DNA from: Macrostomum lignano
Taxonomy: Eukaryota
NCBI GenBank assembly: GCA_002269645.1
Contig: NIVC01002705.1
Location: 84,490-148,489 of the forward strand
DNA length: 64,000 nucleotides
Direction of reading: 5' to 3'
Shown: positions 1 through 11,765 of the stretch, in pieces
How the letters are laid out: every line of letters starts with the position of its first letter
Numbering within the stretch: the first letter of the stretch is position 1
Translations under genes and position numbers: made by a program
Notes under the pieces: model-generated
The model's database searches: none
What the model was told of the DNA's origin: nothing
Seen by the model: the letters and a program-made list of their open reading frames with translations, nothing else

Positions 1-947
1 AGGAATGCAGAGGTAACTGAGCACCCATAGGAATGCAGAGGTAACTGAGCACCCATAGGAATGCAGAGGTATCTGAGCACCCATAGGAATGCAGAGGTAA
101 CTGAGCACCCATAGGAATGCAGAGGTAACTGAGCACCCATAGGAATGCAGAGGTATCTGAGCACCCATAGGAATGCAGAGGTAACTGAGCACCCATAGGA
201 ATGCAGAGGTAACTGAGCACCCATAGGAATGCAGAGGTAACTGAGCACCCATAGGAATACAGAGGTATCTGAGCACCCATAGGAATGCAGAGGTATCTGA
301 GCACCCATAGGAATGCAGAGGTATCTGAGCACCCATAGGAATGCAGAGGTAACTGAGCACCCATAGGAATGCAGAGGTAACTGAGCACTCATAGGAATGC
401 AGAGGTATCTGAGCACCCATAGGAATGCAGAGGTATCTGAGCACCCATAGGAATGCAGAGGTAACTGAGCACCCATAGGAATGCAGAGGTAACTGAGCAC
501 CCATAGGAATGCAGAGGTATCTGAGCACCCATAGGAATGCAGAGGTATCTGAGCACCCATAGGAATGCAGAGGTATCTGAGCACCCATAGGAATGCAGAG
601 GTATCTGAGCACCCATAGGAATGCAGAGGTAACTGAGCACCCATAGGAATGCAGAGGTAACTGAGCACCCATAGGAATGCAGAGGTAACTGAGCACCCAT
701 ATGAATGCAGAGGTATCTGAGCACCCATAGGAATGCAGAGGTAACTGAGCACCCATAGGAATGCAGAGGTATCTGAGCACCCATAGGAATGCAGAGGTAT
801 CTGAGCACCCATAGGAATGCAGAGGTAACTGAGCACCCATAGGAATGCAGAGGTAACTGAGCACCCATATGAATGCAGAGGTATCTGAGCACCCATAGGA
901 ATGCAGAGGTAACTGAGCACCCATATGAATGCAGAGGTATCTGAGCA
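1..947. repeat. 28-bp minisatellite (AGGAATGCAGAGGTA[A/T]CTGAGCACCCAT)n, truncated by the window edge
   Basis: About 34 near-identical units read directly; only a few variant positions. Confidence 0.97.
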
Positions 948-1003
948 GCACAAATCTACATTAAACAAAGACTTTTACTGCTTCTGCGCTAATCCCAGCC
1001 ACA

Positions 1004-1186
1004 ATGGGCCTTCTGAAGCCTCCAATTGTGGAGCCCGCCCTGCCTGAGACCCACATCAATCGGCGGGCGATGCGACTGTTAAAGTACAGCATGTACTTGG
1101 GCGCCGCCGCTGTCACTGTTAGATTTATCTACCGCCTGCCGCTGGCTCGCCCCGGCCTCTACCGGATGTTCTACAAGCAGAAGTGA
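1004..1186 (+). CDS. 60-aa small ORF, possible single-pass membrane micropeptide
   Basis: Strong start context CCACAATGG, preceded by an acceptor-like CCCAG; GC3-rich codons like the true exons in this window; basic residues flank a hydrophobic stretch (YSMYLGAAAVTVRFIY); AATAAA near 1302 and 1322. No family recognised. Confidence 0.5.
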   Translation: MGLLKPPIVEPALPETHINRRAMRLLKYSMYLGAAAVTVRFIYRLPLARPGLYRMFYKQK

Positions 1187-1473
1187 AAGAACACTGATAG
1201 CAAATGCTCGCACCTACTGTCATCCAAGTAGCTTATAGCTGGCTCCCCTTCTCATTGTCAAATAGCCGGCCAATAACCGTCTTATAGAGTCCTTGAATAC
1301 AAATAAATTATCTGTAGCATAAATAAACAAATAAGTTTGAATGCCTTTTCAAACTATAGTTGCTCATCATTTTAGGAGCTTTAGCCAATTTTAATTATTT
1401 GGCTATTTTTGTTTCAGTTTTGTTTTTTTATTAGATTTTTGCGACAGATGTAATTCCCACCTTAAAATTGCTG

Positions 1474-2555
1474 TCCCAAGCTACACAGATCCCATCGCAA
1501 TCCCAAGCTACACAGATCCCATTGCAATCCCAAGCTACACAGATCCCATTGCAATCCCAAGCTACACAGATCCCATTGCAGTCCCAAGCTACACAGATCC
1601 CATTGCAATCCCAAGCTACACAGATCCCATTGCAATCCCAAGCTACACAGATCCCATTGCAGTCCCAAGCTACACAGATCCCATTGCAATCCCAAGCTAC
1701 ACAGATCCCATTGCAATCCTAAGCTACACAGATCCCATTGCAATCCTAAGCTACACAGATCCCATTGCAATCCCAAGCTACACAGATCCCATTGCAATCC
1801 CAAGCTACACAGATCCCATTGCAATCCTAAGCTACACAGATCCCATTGCAATCCCAAGCTACACAGATCCCATTGCAATCCCAAGCTACACAGATCCCAT
1901 TGCAATCCTAAGCTACACAGATCCCATTGCAATCCCAAGCTACACAGATCCCATTGCAATCCTAAGCTACACAGATCCCATTGCAATCCTAAGCTACACA
2001 GATCCCATTGCAATCCCAAGCTACACAGATCCCATTGCAATCCCAAGCTACACAGGTCCCATTGCAATCCCAAGCTACACAGATCCCATTGCAATCCCAA
2101 GCTACACAGATCCCATTGCAGTCCCAAGCTACACAGATCCCATTGCAGTCCCAAGCTACACAGATCCCATTGCAATCCCAAGCTACACAGATCCCATTGC
2201 AATCCTAAGCTACACAGATCCCATTGCAATCCCAAGCTACACAGATCCCATTGCAATCCTAAGCTACACAGATCCCATTGCAATCATAAGCTACACAGAT
2301 CCATTGCAATCCCAAGCTACACAGATCCCATTGCAATCCTTAGCTACACAGATCCCATTGCAATCCCAAGCTACACAGATCCCATTGCAATCCTAAGCTA
2401 CACAGATCCCATTGCAATCCCAAGCTACACAGATCCCATTGCAATCCTAAGCTACACAGATCCCATTGCAATCCTAAGCTACACAGATCCCATTGCAATC
2501 CTAAGCTACACAGATCCCATTGCAATCCTAAGCTACACAGATCCCATTGCAATCC
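1474..2555. repeat. 27-bp minisatellite (TCC[C/T]AAGCTACACAGATCCCATTGCAA)n
   Basis: About 40 units read directly. Confidence 0.97.
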
Positions 2556-2587
2556 AAAAACCTGCCATTGCATGTAGCAGCAGAAGC

Positions 2588-5045
2588 ATGAGTACAGGGA
2601 GTCAGACAGACCCTCTAGAGCGGGTCGGCAACCTGTCGGTGGAGTCCGGCCTGGCCTACCAGGGTGGACAGCAAGACCTGGACTCGCTGTTTGCGATTGA
2701 GCAGCAGTCTAACGATGTTGAAATGCTGTCGGACGAATCCAACCAACCCGTTGAGCCGGCGACCCTTGATCTGTATTTTCCCGGCGTCATCGTCGGAGAC
2801 TTTAGCGACGTGGACAATTGCTTGGCCAAGGCTCCATCTTGTGAAGATCTGGTGGCCTATTTGGATGAGAAGCCGGACGAAGATGACTCCAAGAGCAATG
2901 ACGGCCTGGGTGTCTGCATGGCTATGGGTAAAGTTTCGTCTCAGGCCGACCTTGTTGACCTGTCTGAGAAGCTTAACCTGGAAGAAATGGAGCTCGTCCC
3001 AATGGACCTCGACGTAAGTAAAAATTTTTATCTGATCTCTGTTCTGTATTCCCTGAGTTTTGATAGATTATACAGTTTCATTTCATTGATAAGTTAGTCC
3101 GGATTTCACAGGGAAATTGGTCCGGATTTCACAGGGAAATTGGTCCGGATTTCATTGGGAAATTGGTCCGGATTTCATTGGGAAATTGGTCCGGATTTCA
3201 TTGGGAAATTGGTCCGGATTTCATTGGGAAATTGGTCCGGATTTCATTGGGAAATTGGTCCGGATTTCACAGGGAAATTGGTCCGGATTTCATTGGGAAA
3301 TTGGTCCGGATTTCATTGGGAAATTGGTCCGGATTTCATTGGGAAATTGGTCCGGATTTCATTTGGAAATTGGTCCGGATTTCACCGGGAAATTGGTCCG
3401 GATTTCACAGGGAAATTGGTCCGGATTTCACAGGGAAATTGGTCCGGATTTCATTGGGAAATTGGTCCGGATTTCACAGGGAAATTGGTCCGGATTTCAC
3501 AGGGAAATTGGTCCGGATTTCACAGGGAAATTGGTCCGGATTTCACAGGGAAATTGGTCCGGATTTCACAGGGAAATTGGTCCGGATTTCATTGGGAAAT
3601 TGGTCCGGATTTCATTGGGAAATTGGTCCGGATTTCACAGGGAAATTGGTCCGGATTTCATTGGGAAATTGGTCCGGATTTCACAGAAATTAGTCCGGAT
3701 TTCACCGGATTTTGGTCCGAATTTCACCGGGATGTTGGTTCGGATTTCACTGGAATTTTTGTCCGGATTTCACCAGAATATTGGTCCGGATTTCACAGAA
3801 ATTAGTCCGGATTTCACTGGGATTTTGGTCCGGATTTCACAGAAATTAGTCCGGATTTCACCGGAATATTGGTCCGGATTTCACAGAAATTAGTCCGGAT
3901 TTCACCGGATTTTGGTCCGAATTTCACCGGGATGTTGGTTCGGATTTCACTGGAATTTTTGTCCGGATTTCACCAGAATATTGGTCCGGATTTCACAGAG
4001 AAATTGGTCAGGATTTCACAGCGAAATTGGTCCGGATTTCACAGAGAAATTGGTCAGGATTTCACAGAGAAATTGGTCCGGATTTCACCAAAAAATGGAT
4101 CCTTTTCACATAAATTTGTCGGTCCGGTTTTCACATAGAAATTGGTCCGGAAAATCCCACCCGTACAGGAAGTACTGCAGTACGTTAAGGAGGAGGAGCA
4201 GGAGCAGAAAGAGAAGCAGCCATCGACTGTCTCCGATCTGCCCGCCTCGCTGACTGGCCTGGCTCTCTCGCCGGGAACTCCGGCCGAGGCTTCGGACCAC
4301 TCGGTGACCACCACTCCGCAGCTGCCGTCTCTGCCCGTGCTCGGCCTGTACCAAGCTAAGCAGCAACCGCCTGTCCAGCAGACGCCGCGTTCTGTGGCTT
4401 GTCAGCCGTTGCTAAACAGCTTTGAGACCATGGCTGACCCGGCCGACAGTCCTAAAGAAGAGGCAGCCACAGCCGCCGCCGCTCCCAGCCCCCGCGGCAA
4501 GTCGACCGTTCGACGTCGAGCCTCCGCCGCCAGCGGCGCCGATCAGAGCAACAAGACTTACGAGGCCCTGTGCCAGAAGAACCGAATCTTTGATAGCAGC
4601 GCCAAGGCTCGCTACCTCATGGACCAGCAGCTGCAGCGGGACGCCATTGTGGAGAGCATTGTTGGTTATGTGAAACGGTGTCTGGATCCCGGTTAGTGCT
4701 TCGCCGAGTTAGTTAGTTAGTTAGTTAGTTAGTTGTTAGTTAGTTAGTTAGTTAGTCAGTCAGTTAGTTAGTTAGTTAGTCAGTTAGTTAGTTAGTTAGT
4801 TAGTCAGTTAGTTAGTTAGTTAGTTAGTCAGTTAGTTAGTTAGTTAGTTAGTCAGTTAGTTAATTAGTTAGTTAGTTAGTCAGTACGTTAGTTAGTTAGT
4901 CAGTTAGTTAGTTAGTCAGTTAGTTAATTAGTTAGTTAGTCAGTCAGTTAGTTAGTTAGTCAGTTAGTTAGTTAGTCAGTTAGTTAGTTAGTTAGTCAGT
5001 TAGTTAATTAGTTAGTTAGTTAGTCAGTACGTTAGTTAGTTAGTC

Positions 5046-5076
<31 letters not shown>

Positions 5077-6046
5077 CAGTTAGTTAATTAGTTAGTCAGT
5101 TAGTTAGTTAGTTAGTTGTTAGTTAGTTAGTTACTTAGTCAGTTAGTTAATTAGTTAGTTAGTCAGTCAGTTAGTTAGTTAGTCAGTTAGTTAGTTAGTC
5201 AGTTAGTTAATTAGTTAGTTAGTCAGTCAGTTAGTTAGTTAGTCAGTTAGTTAGTTAGTCAGTTAGTTAATTGGTTAGTTAGTCAGTCAGTTAGTTAGTC
5301 AGTCAGTCAGCCAGTCTGAGTTGACTTGCTCAGTTCTTTAACTGGGTTTTGGTGGGTTTATATAGATTATCTGTAAATAATTATGCTTATTAAATTACTT
5401 TTTTCACAGAGCGCGACCGGGTCCACCGCTTTCTAATGGTGATGCTGGTCGACGGTCAACTGGAGCAGGGACCATACTGGCGCTTCTTCCAGGATGCTGT
5501 GTACTTTTGCGACGCCCGCAAAGAGCGCCTAGTTGGCGAGCCGGGGCCAATGTTTCACATCAGACAGTCCGCCTACGTTGGCCTGCTCTGGGGCCGCTAC
5601 AAAGGCAACGAGTGCTGCGACTATGCCACTCTGGGCGACGCGATCAAGTGAGCCTACTTGCAGTAGCTGCTGTAGAGTTTTGTCTTTTTGAAAGGAAGTC
5701 TGCGATTGATCAGAACATAATAAAACGTCTTCTGTCTGTCCGTCTTAGTGTCTGTAAGTCTGTCTGTCTTAATGTCTGTAAGTCTGTCTGTCTGTCTGTC
5801 TTAGTGTGTGTAAGTCTGTCTGTCTATCTGCCTGTCGTCAGCGCCCCCTAACGCAGCCAGCCCCAACGCCTGCCCGTCAGGTCCGTGAAGTCCAAGCCCA
5901 GTGGCGAGCTGTACTTTGTTGACCCGGACTTTGGCAGCCTGATTGGCAAGCCGAAACGGCTGTTCCAGTTTGGCGAGGTCGCTTTCAGAGAAATCTGCCG
6001 CTACAGGGCCCAGCGCGTTGAGGCCGGCCCGATTGAGGCTAATTAA
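2588..6046 (+). CDS. Orphan 4-exon gene, 450 aa; acidic low-complexity N-half and globular-looking C-terminal domain
   Basis: Exons 2588-3013, 4169-4691, 5410-5647, 5881-6046. Donors GTAAGT, GTTAGT, GTGAGC; acceptors all CAG; phases 0, 1, 2 match; total 1353 nt, one open frame ending ...EAGPIEAN*. No family recognised. Confidence 0.75.
3097..4150. repeat. 23-bp minisatellite (GGTCCGGATTTCA[CA/TT]GGGAAATT)n filling intron 1 of the orphan gene
   Basis: Read directly; degenerates towards the 3' end. Confidence 0.95.
4707..5312. repeat. (GTTA/GTCA)n microsatellite filling intron 2 of the orphan gene
   Basis: Read directly. Confidence 0.97.
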
Positions 6047-7359
6047 GAATGTTTATGGAGCAAGACTCATGTGAAACTCAGACAGTGCGCCTTGACCTCT
6101 CAATATTTAGCATCTTTATTGTGGTTTTCAGATTCCTTTTTTGAAAAAAAATCAATTAATATCAAATGAAATCTGTATTTTATCGACTGATTAATAGCAC
6201 TGCTAATTCTGTCTTTTTATTAATAGAAGTTTAACTTTAGTAGTATTGTGTGAATTTTAACTCTATATTTATGTAATATCATTACATTCTTCAATTTTGC
6301 GTACACATGTAGCCTCACTAAGCCCTTGTTAAGAAGTGATTAGTTAACTCTAGTTAATAACGTTTGTGCTAACAATTTTATTCAAATACTAATGTTTTTA
6401 TTGTGAAACTCGCATATACTACTCCTAATGTCAGCAGGCGCTCTCGAGCCATCTTGTCGTATTTTTCCTCAAAATTTATACCACTTAAAGTTATATTTAT
6501 GCTATCGTACGTTATTACTCCAGACCAAATTTTAATCTACGATCGTTGATTTTTTTTTATTTTAAACGACGGGACACGTCTGCTAAGCACTACTAAATAT
6601 AAGCTGAAAAGTAGTAAACAATGAAAGTTTTCTAACAAAAATATTTCTTCACATGGCTAAGCGTACAAAAGAACGAACTATTTTGTTTCAGTTTTGATGA
6701 CGTAGAAATATATCAAACTGAAACGGAGGCTCCAGGCTCCGGCTCCAGCGCCTGATATTGAAACTATTTTTTATCAAAATAATAAATAATTAGCACAAAT
6801 TCTCAACGAATCGCTTTGTTTTGTATTTCTTTTTTCTGTCCATTATATGCCTGTCTGCCTGTCCACCTATCTATGTGTCTGCCTGTCTATTGTAGCAGCA
6901 CCAAAGCATTCATCATTTATTCTAATTATTTCTTATTCTATATTCCAATCGCTTTAGTTCACCCATAGACACTTCTGTACTATTCGTTCGCCCCAGCGCT
7001 AAATAGCCCCCAACGCAATGACAAAATATACTAAAAAAACCTCCCGCTTTTGCTAGCTATCTTCGAAGTGCCACTTACACTCGTAAGCTTGTAGCGGTAA
7101 CCTAACGCTACAAATTGGTAGCAGAGCGTGCAATCCCAACACTCGACGACTACGACAATGGAAGACACCCAACGTCAACAACCTACATCAGACACTCCAG
7201 CAGCTTCTTCGGAGAACGCCATACCGGAACCGGTAGCGTCGGTACAACGCGCCACAATTAGACCACCGCCGTTCTACCGTCAAGCACCCGAGATTTGGTT
7301 CCGCCAACTCGAATCACAATTTACCCTGGCTGGAATCAGCTCCGCCAGCACCAAATTCC

Positions 7360-8066
7360 CACCCGGGGGCGCCAAGATCCGTCTTTTTTTCTCACCATAT
7401 GAAGGGGCGATGCCCACGGGCTGGAAGATGGTCGGACGATTCCGAGTCGAAGCAGCTTGTCAAACTCTTCCTTTGCAACAGTGAACTTTTCCGGTGACAG
7501 TGGTCGTGGTCGGCAGAAGATCGGCTCGCCTTCCGTTTCGATCGGATGTCGGACGCCTGTTGCGGATGGGGTCGTGTAGTCGGGCGCCTCTAGTACGCGT
7601 GGAAACTGGGTGAGCGGGTTTGATGGTTCCATTTCCGTTGTCACGTTGATTTGTGGAACTGGATCGGAAGAGCAGTTCAGGGCTGTGGATAATTCCGTTA
7701 CTGGGTCTGTGATGCGTCTCGACTTAAGGTCGATGATCAAACCGAACTTTACGAAGAAATCCGCTCCGAGAATCGGTGCCGTATTAGTGACGCTGAATGT
7801 TGCTGGGTATGGTCGCCGGAGCCCCGGAATAGAGAGAGTCAGACAGCATTGTCCAAAGGTACGGATCTCGTGTCCACCAATGCTGCGCAACTTCACGGGT
7901 GTCGGAGTAAGCAGATTTTGAGGGACGTACACGTACTGTAGAGGCAGGAGTGACCGTTCGGCTCCAGTGTCAACAATAAATGAAACCATGGTGCGAAGAA
8001 CGTTGCAACGGAGTAACAAAGTGGTGGCCTTGCTCTGGTCACGGGTCGGCCAGGGCACGTGACCGA
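7360..8066 (-). pseudogene. pol: Inverted pol 5' part: aspartic protease and start of RT, cut at the inversion breakpoint
   Basis: VDTGA protease site, ILGADF flap motif, RPSSSPWASPLHMVRKKDGSWRP RT N-terminal motif; sequence breaks where CGDYR would follow. Confidence 0.9.
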
Positions 8067-8827
8067 CTAGTTTGAAGCACTTTCTAGAGTTGGGTTGTTT
8101 GCACGCGAGTGATCTGGTGTTGTCTGGCGGCTGCTGAGCATCGTTGTGGGTTTGGGACCGGGCCATTTGCACCAAGGTCGGCACGTACGGGCTTGTGAAG
8201 CGTAGAATAGATGGCCATTACAGATCTTAGGTCTCTTACGATAGGAGCGCTGTTGCCGGTGATCTCCTTCGTACGCCTGCCTAGGCTTGAACGCGCCGTG
8301 CGGTCTTGAATCCCTGGCTTCGGACGTGCGCTGAATGGGTAAAAACGGAGTTCGGCTGCCCGCGACGGCTAACATGCTGTCGGCGATTTTGGCGAAGTCT
8401 TCTAGCGGAGATTTTTCATGACCGACCAACGCAGAACGGATGTGCGTTGGGAGCGCCGTGAGCAGGCGTGACTTGATGATAGACTCGTCGGCTGCTAAAC
8501 CCACTTCGATGAAGCGGCGCTTAATGTCAGTTACCAATTGCGAAGGGCGTTTGTCGCCGAGTTCTACTGCTGCAAGGGCTTCCTCGATACGCTGGTGGCG
8601 GTTGGCGCGCAGTGAGTCTAGAACAGCTGTTTTGAGTCGGTTGTATTCGACGATGTCTATGTCGATGTAGCAGGCAACATCCTCCGGGAGAGCGGCCAGT
8701 GCGTGGTGGAATTTGGTGCTGGCGGAGCTGATTCCAGCCAGGGTAAATTGTGATTCGAGTTGGCGGAACCAAATCTCGGGTGCTTGACGGTAGAACGGCG
8801 GTGGTCTAATTGTGGCGCGTTGTACCG
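8067..8827 (-). pseudogene. gag: Inverted Gypsy gag, lacking its native N-terminus
   Basis: RPPPFY..APEIWFRQLESQF gag motif; C-terminal Cys/His knuckle (CNGH...C..WC); open to its own stop codon. Confidence 0.88.
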
Positions 8828-8955
8828 CCGCCACCGGAGACCCTTCCAGAGCCTACTGCTCCGCCTAATGATTCACCAGCCGCTAATACTCGTTCAAGAA
8901 GTTCTCGCCATGTTCGATTTGCCTCTCAGCCGTCGATAAAATATTTTACACCTTG
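8828..8955 (+). pseudogene. Integrase/pol C-terminal remnant in the native orientation
   Basis: PPPETLPEPTAPPNDSPAANTRSRSSRHVRF...*, a Pro-rich tail with a TRSxRxVR-type motif typical of Gypsy pol ends; followed by 3' UTR and PPT. Confidence 0.6.
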
Positions 8956-9345
8956 ATTCTACACTTCTTGACTTGACTTGATTCTACACTCCTTGATTAC
9001 ACTTGACAATTTGATTCTAGAGAAGTAGCGCCATGAATCTGTTACCCCAAATTTCCCTCCTGCTAATTCGTTGTTTTAATCCTAGAAGTACTCCGTTATG
9101 GGGAAGGGGGAGTATCTTGTAGCAGCACCAAAGCATTCATCATTTATTCTAATTATTTCTTATTCTATATTCCAATCGCTTTAGTTCACCCATAGACACT
9201 TCTGTACTATTCGTTCGCCCCAGCGCTAAATAGCCCCCAACGCAATGACAAAATATACTAAAAAAACCTCCCGCTTTTGCTAGCTATCTTCGAAGTGCCA
9301 CTTACACTCGTAAGCTTGTAGCGGTAACCTAACGCTACACTATCC

Positions 9346-9755
9346 TTGGCTGTGTCTGCCTGTCTATCTGCGGCTGTGTCTGCCTGTCTATCTGCGGCTG
9401 TGTCTGTCTGTCTATCTGTGGCTGTGTCTGTCTGTCTATCTGTGGCTGTGTCTGTCTATCTGTGGCTGTGTCTGTCTATCTGCGGCTGTGTCTGCCTGTC
9501 TATCTGCGGCTGTGTCTGCCTGTCTATCTGTGGCTGTGTCTGCCTGTCTATCTGTGGCTGTGTCTGCCTGTCTATCTGCGGCTGTCTGTCTATCTGTGGC
9601 TGTGTCTGTCTGTCTGTCTATCTGTGGCTGTGTCTGACTGTCTATCTGTGGCTCTGTCTGACTGTCTATCTGTGGCTGTGTCTGTCTATCTGTGGCTGTG
9701 TCTGTCTGTCTGTCTATCTGTGGCTGTGTCTGTCTGTCTATCTGTGGCTGTCTGA
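9346..9755. repeat. Compound (CTGT/CTAT/GGCTGT) microsatellite; a short part (about 6849-6890) lies on the other side of the LTR insertion
   Basis: Read directly. Confidence 0.92.
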
Positions 9756-11765
9756 CTGTTTTAGACTTTATCTATCATTTAGATAGTTAATTATCAAGGT
9801 GACAGTTGACCACAAGACAGGACATCCTCGCCCTTAGTTGACAGATTCATAATCCTCAGGCCAGTCTCACTGCATCCTTCATCAATCTACTAAGCCGCTA
9901 GAATTGCGCGCGTACGTACTGCCTGCTGCCACCCCTACCCAGTCTGCCAAGAGACGAGGTGGAGAAAGAACGGGAAAAGGAGACACGAGACATAACGGAG
10001 TAGGAGGGGCCGGTCAGACAGAGAAGCAAAGCCAGGGACCGCTACTTAGGGAGTCTGTGGATTAGAGAGAAGCCTACTAGGCTAGACTAGAGACAGGGCC
10101 TGTCTGACCCAGCATCGATCGATAAAAGCCAGACAGACGTCTAGGAGGGGTTCCGGCCGGGGAGGGTGTATGGACTGGGACTGGGGAGTGTGTCTGGCTT
10201 GTGGGAGTGGGGTATCGGATCCGATGGGGAAAAATGCTAAAGTGCAAACGAACTGGCCGAGTGAGTGCGCCTGGTCGGGAATCGGGTTTAGGATTAGGGC
10301 GGGGACAAGGGGAGTCTTAAATCTTCACCTTAAATTCTAAGAAACTATTCCGCTGCCCTATTTAACACCGGCGGAAAAACGGTCTGTTAACGGTAGGAAT
10401 TCAAAGCCAAATTGTCAGGGGGAATTTCCCCTTGGTAGTTCTACTCTTAGTGAGCATGTTCCCATCCCCCCTCCCCAGTGAACGCAAATATCAATAGTTG
10501 CAGTGCATTAATCTGTTCCTTTTTGGAAAAGGGGGCACCGAGCACTAAAATGAGAGCAGATGATCCAGCAGAAATCGCATCCGTGAGACGCCAACCTGCC
10601 CCTAGCAAATAAGACTGGACTCCATTTTTTGTTTTAAAGTTCAGTTCAGCGAAGAAAGCTGTGGCAAAGTTAACGTCTCAGGGATTTGACTAATCTGCAT
10701 TGTTGGCTTGTGTAATTTGAGGAAAAAATCGTTTAAGTATTATATTAGAGTACAACGCCTACTATACACATGCATGCAGAAAGGTGTGGCTTACCTTTTC
10801 GGTCCAGAACTCGGGCCAGACAGACCGAATGACCCCAAGTGGCACGGCAGAAAAAGCTGTGCCTGCAGGAAAGTTCTGTAGTTTTTTTGGTTGGCTTGGA
10901 TTTAAATAAGAAAGAATGGCGGGTGTTAATTCGCTCTCAGTTCGGTCCTTCCCAGCTCTACTTCAGCACGCTCACACCACTGGCATGTCTGTGCCCTGTG
11001 GGCCCAGCGCACTTACTCAGCCTAGCTAGAGTATCACCAGTATATCTGTAATAGGCTCGGTTTGGGGCGGGTAAGCAGACTCGCTAGTGGATTGATCGTT
11101 ATATAGGTTCCTACTATTTCTTACCTTCGTATTTCCTTCCCCTCACCGTATTTCTTCTCTTATAAGCCTTTCTTCACCCTTCTCCAGGAATTGTTAACGC
11201 TTTAACGTACTGTATATGAATGTATAGGTTAGTTAATATTATGGTGGGGTGGGCCAGTCCAGACGATCCAATGCATCCAATAGGCGGCTTTTAAGGGGTG
11301 CGCTTATCTGTGCCCCCACGGGGTCGGCGGAAAGCTCGCGAGCCAACAACCCCCCCTCCCGCCAGTTCTTTTTTCTAAAAACTCTTAACCAGTCGAGTAA
11401 AGTACATGCGCACTCCCAGTGCGTCTGTCTGTCTGGGGCTGTTCTCTTATATAGCCTCGTCCCGAAGCCTCTTGAGTGCAGTTTTTTAAATCCAGTTAGT
11501 TCCAAAGCCTAACTTCAACCAAGTTATATTACTTGGTCTGTGCATTAAATCGGCGGAGAAATTCACACTGGGCTGGGGTGAATGGACTGACTGATCACGT
11601 GATCCCTTAAGTTGGAAACCCCTAATGTACATTAACTGACTTAGAGGCAGCTTTAAAATTAAGAAGTATGTACAGTTTTATTTATAAGAGCAAATACGAG
11701 CTATGTACATGTATTTAGACTTTAACACAATCTACGACCCAATTTCGCATAACTACCGGCTTACC

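Larger units (their letters stand above)
6891..9339 (+). mobile_element. Ty3/Gypsy LTR retroelement, internally deleted and with an inverted interior
   Basis: 222-bp LTRs at 6891-7112 and 9118-9339, identical by eye, TGTAGC...GCTACA; 4-bp TSD CTAT (6887-6890, 9340-9343); PBS TGGTAGCAGAG at 7116, complementary to the animal tRNA-iMet 3' end; PPT GGGGAAGGGGGAG near 9100-9112; gag start on + from ATG 7158. Confidence 0.95.

Noticed and set aside
7128-7484. 118-aa ORF as an independent gene
   Set aside because: It is the gag N-terminus fused to antisense RT sequence across the inversion breakpoint
11239-11505. 88-aa minus-strand ORF as the tail of a non-LTR retrotransposon
   Set aside because: Only a vague H/C pattern; no RT or endonuclease motif, poly(A) tail or TSD found
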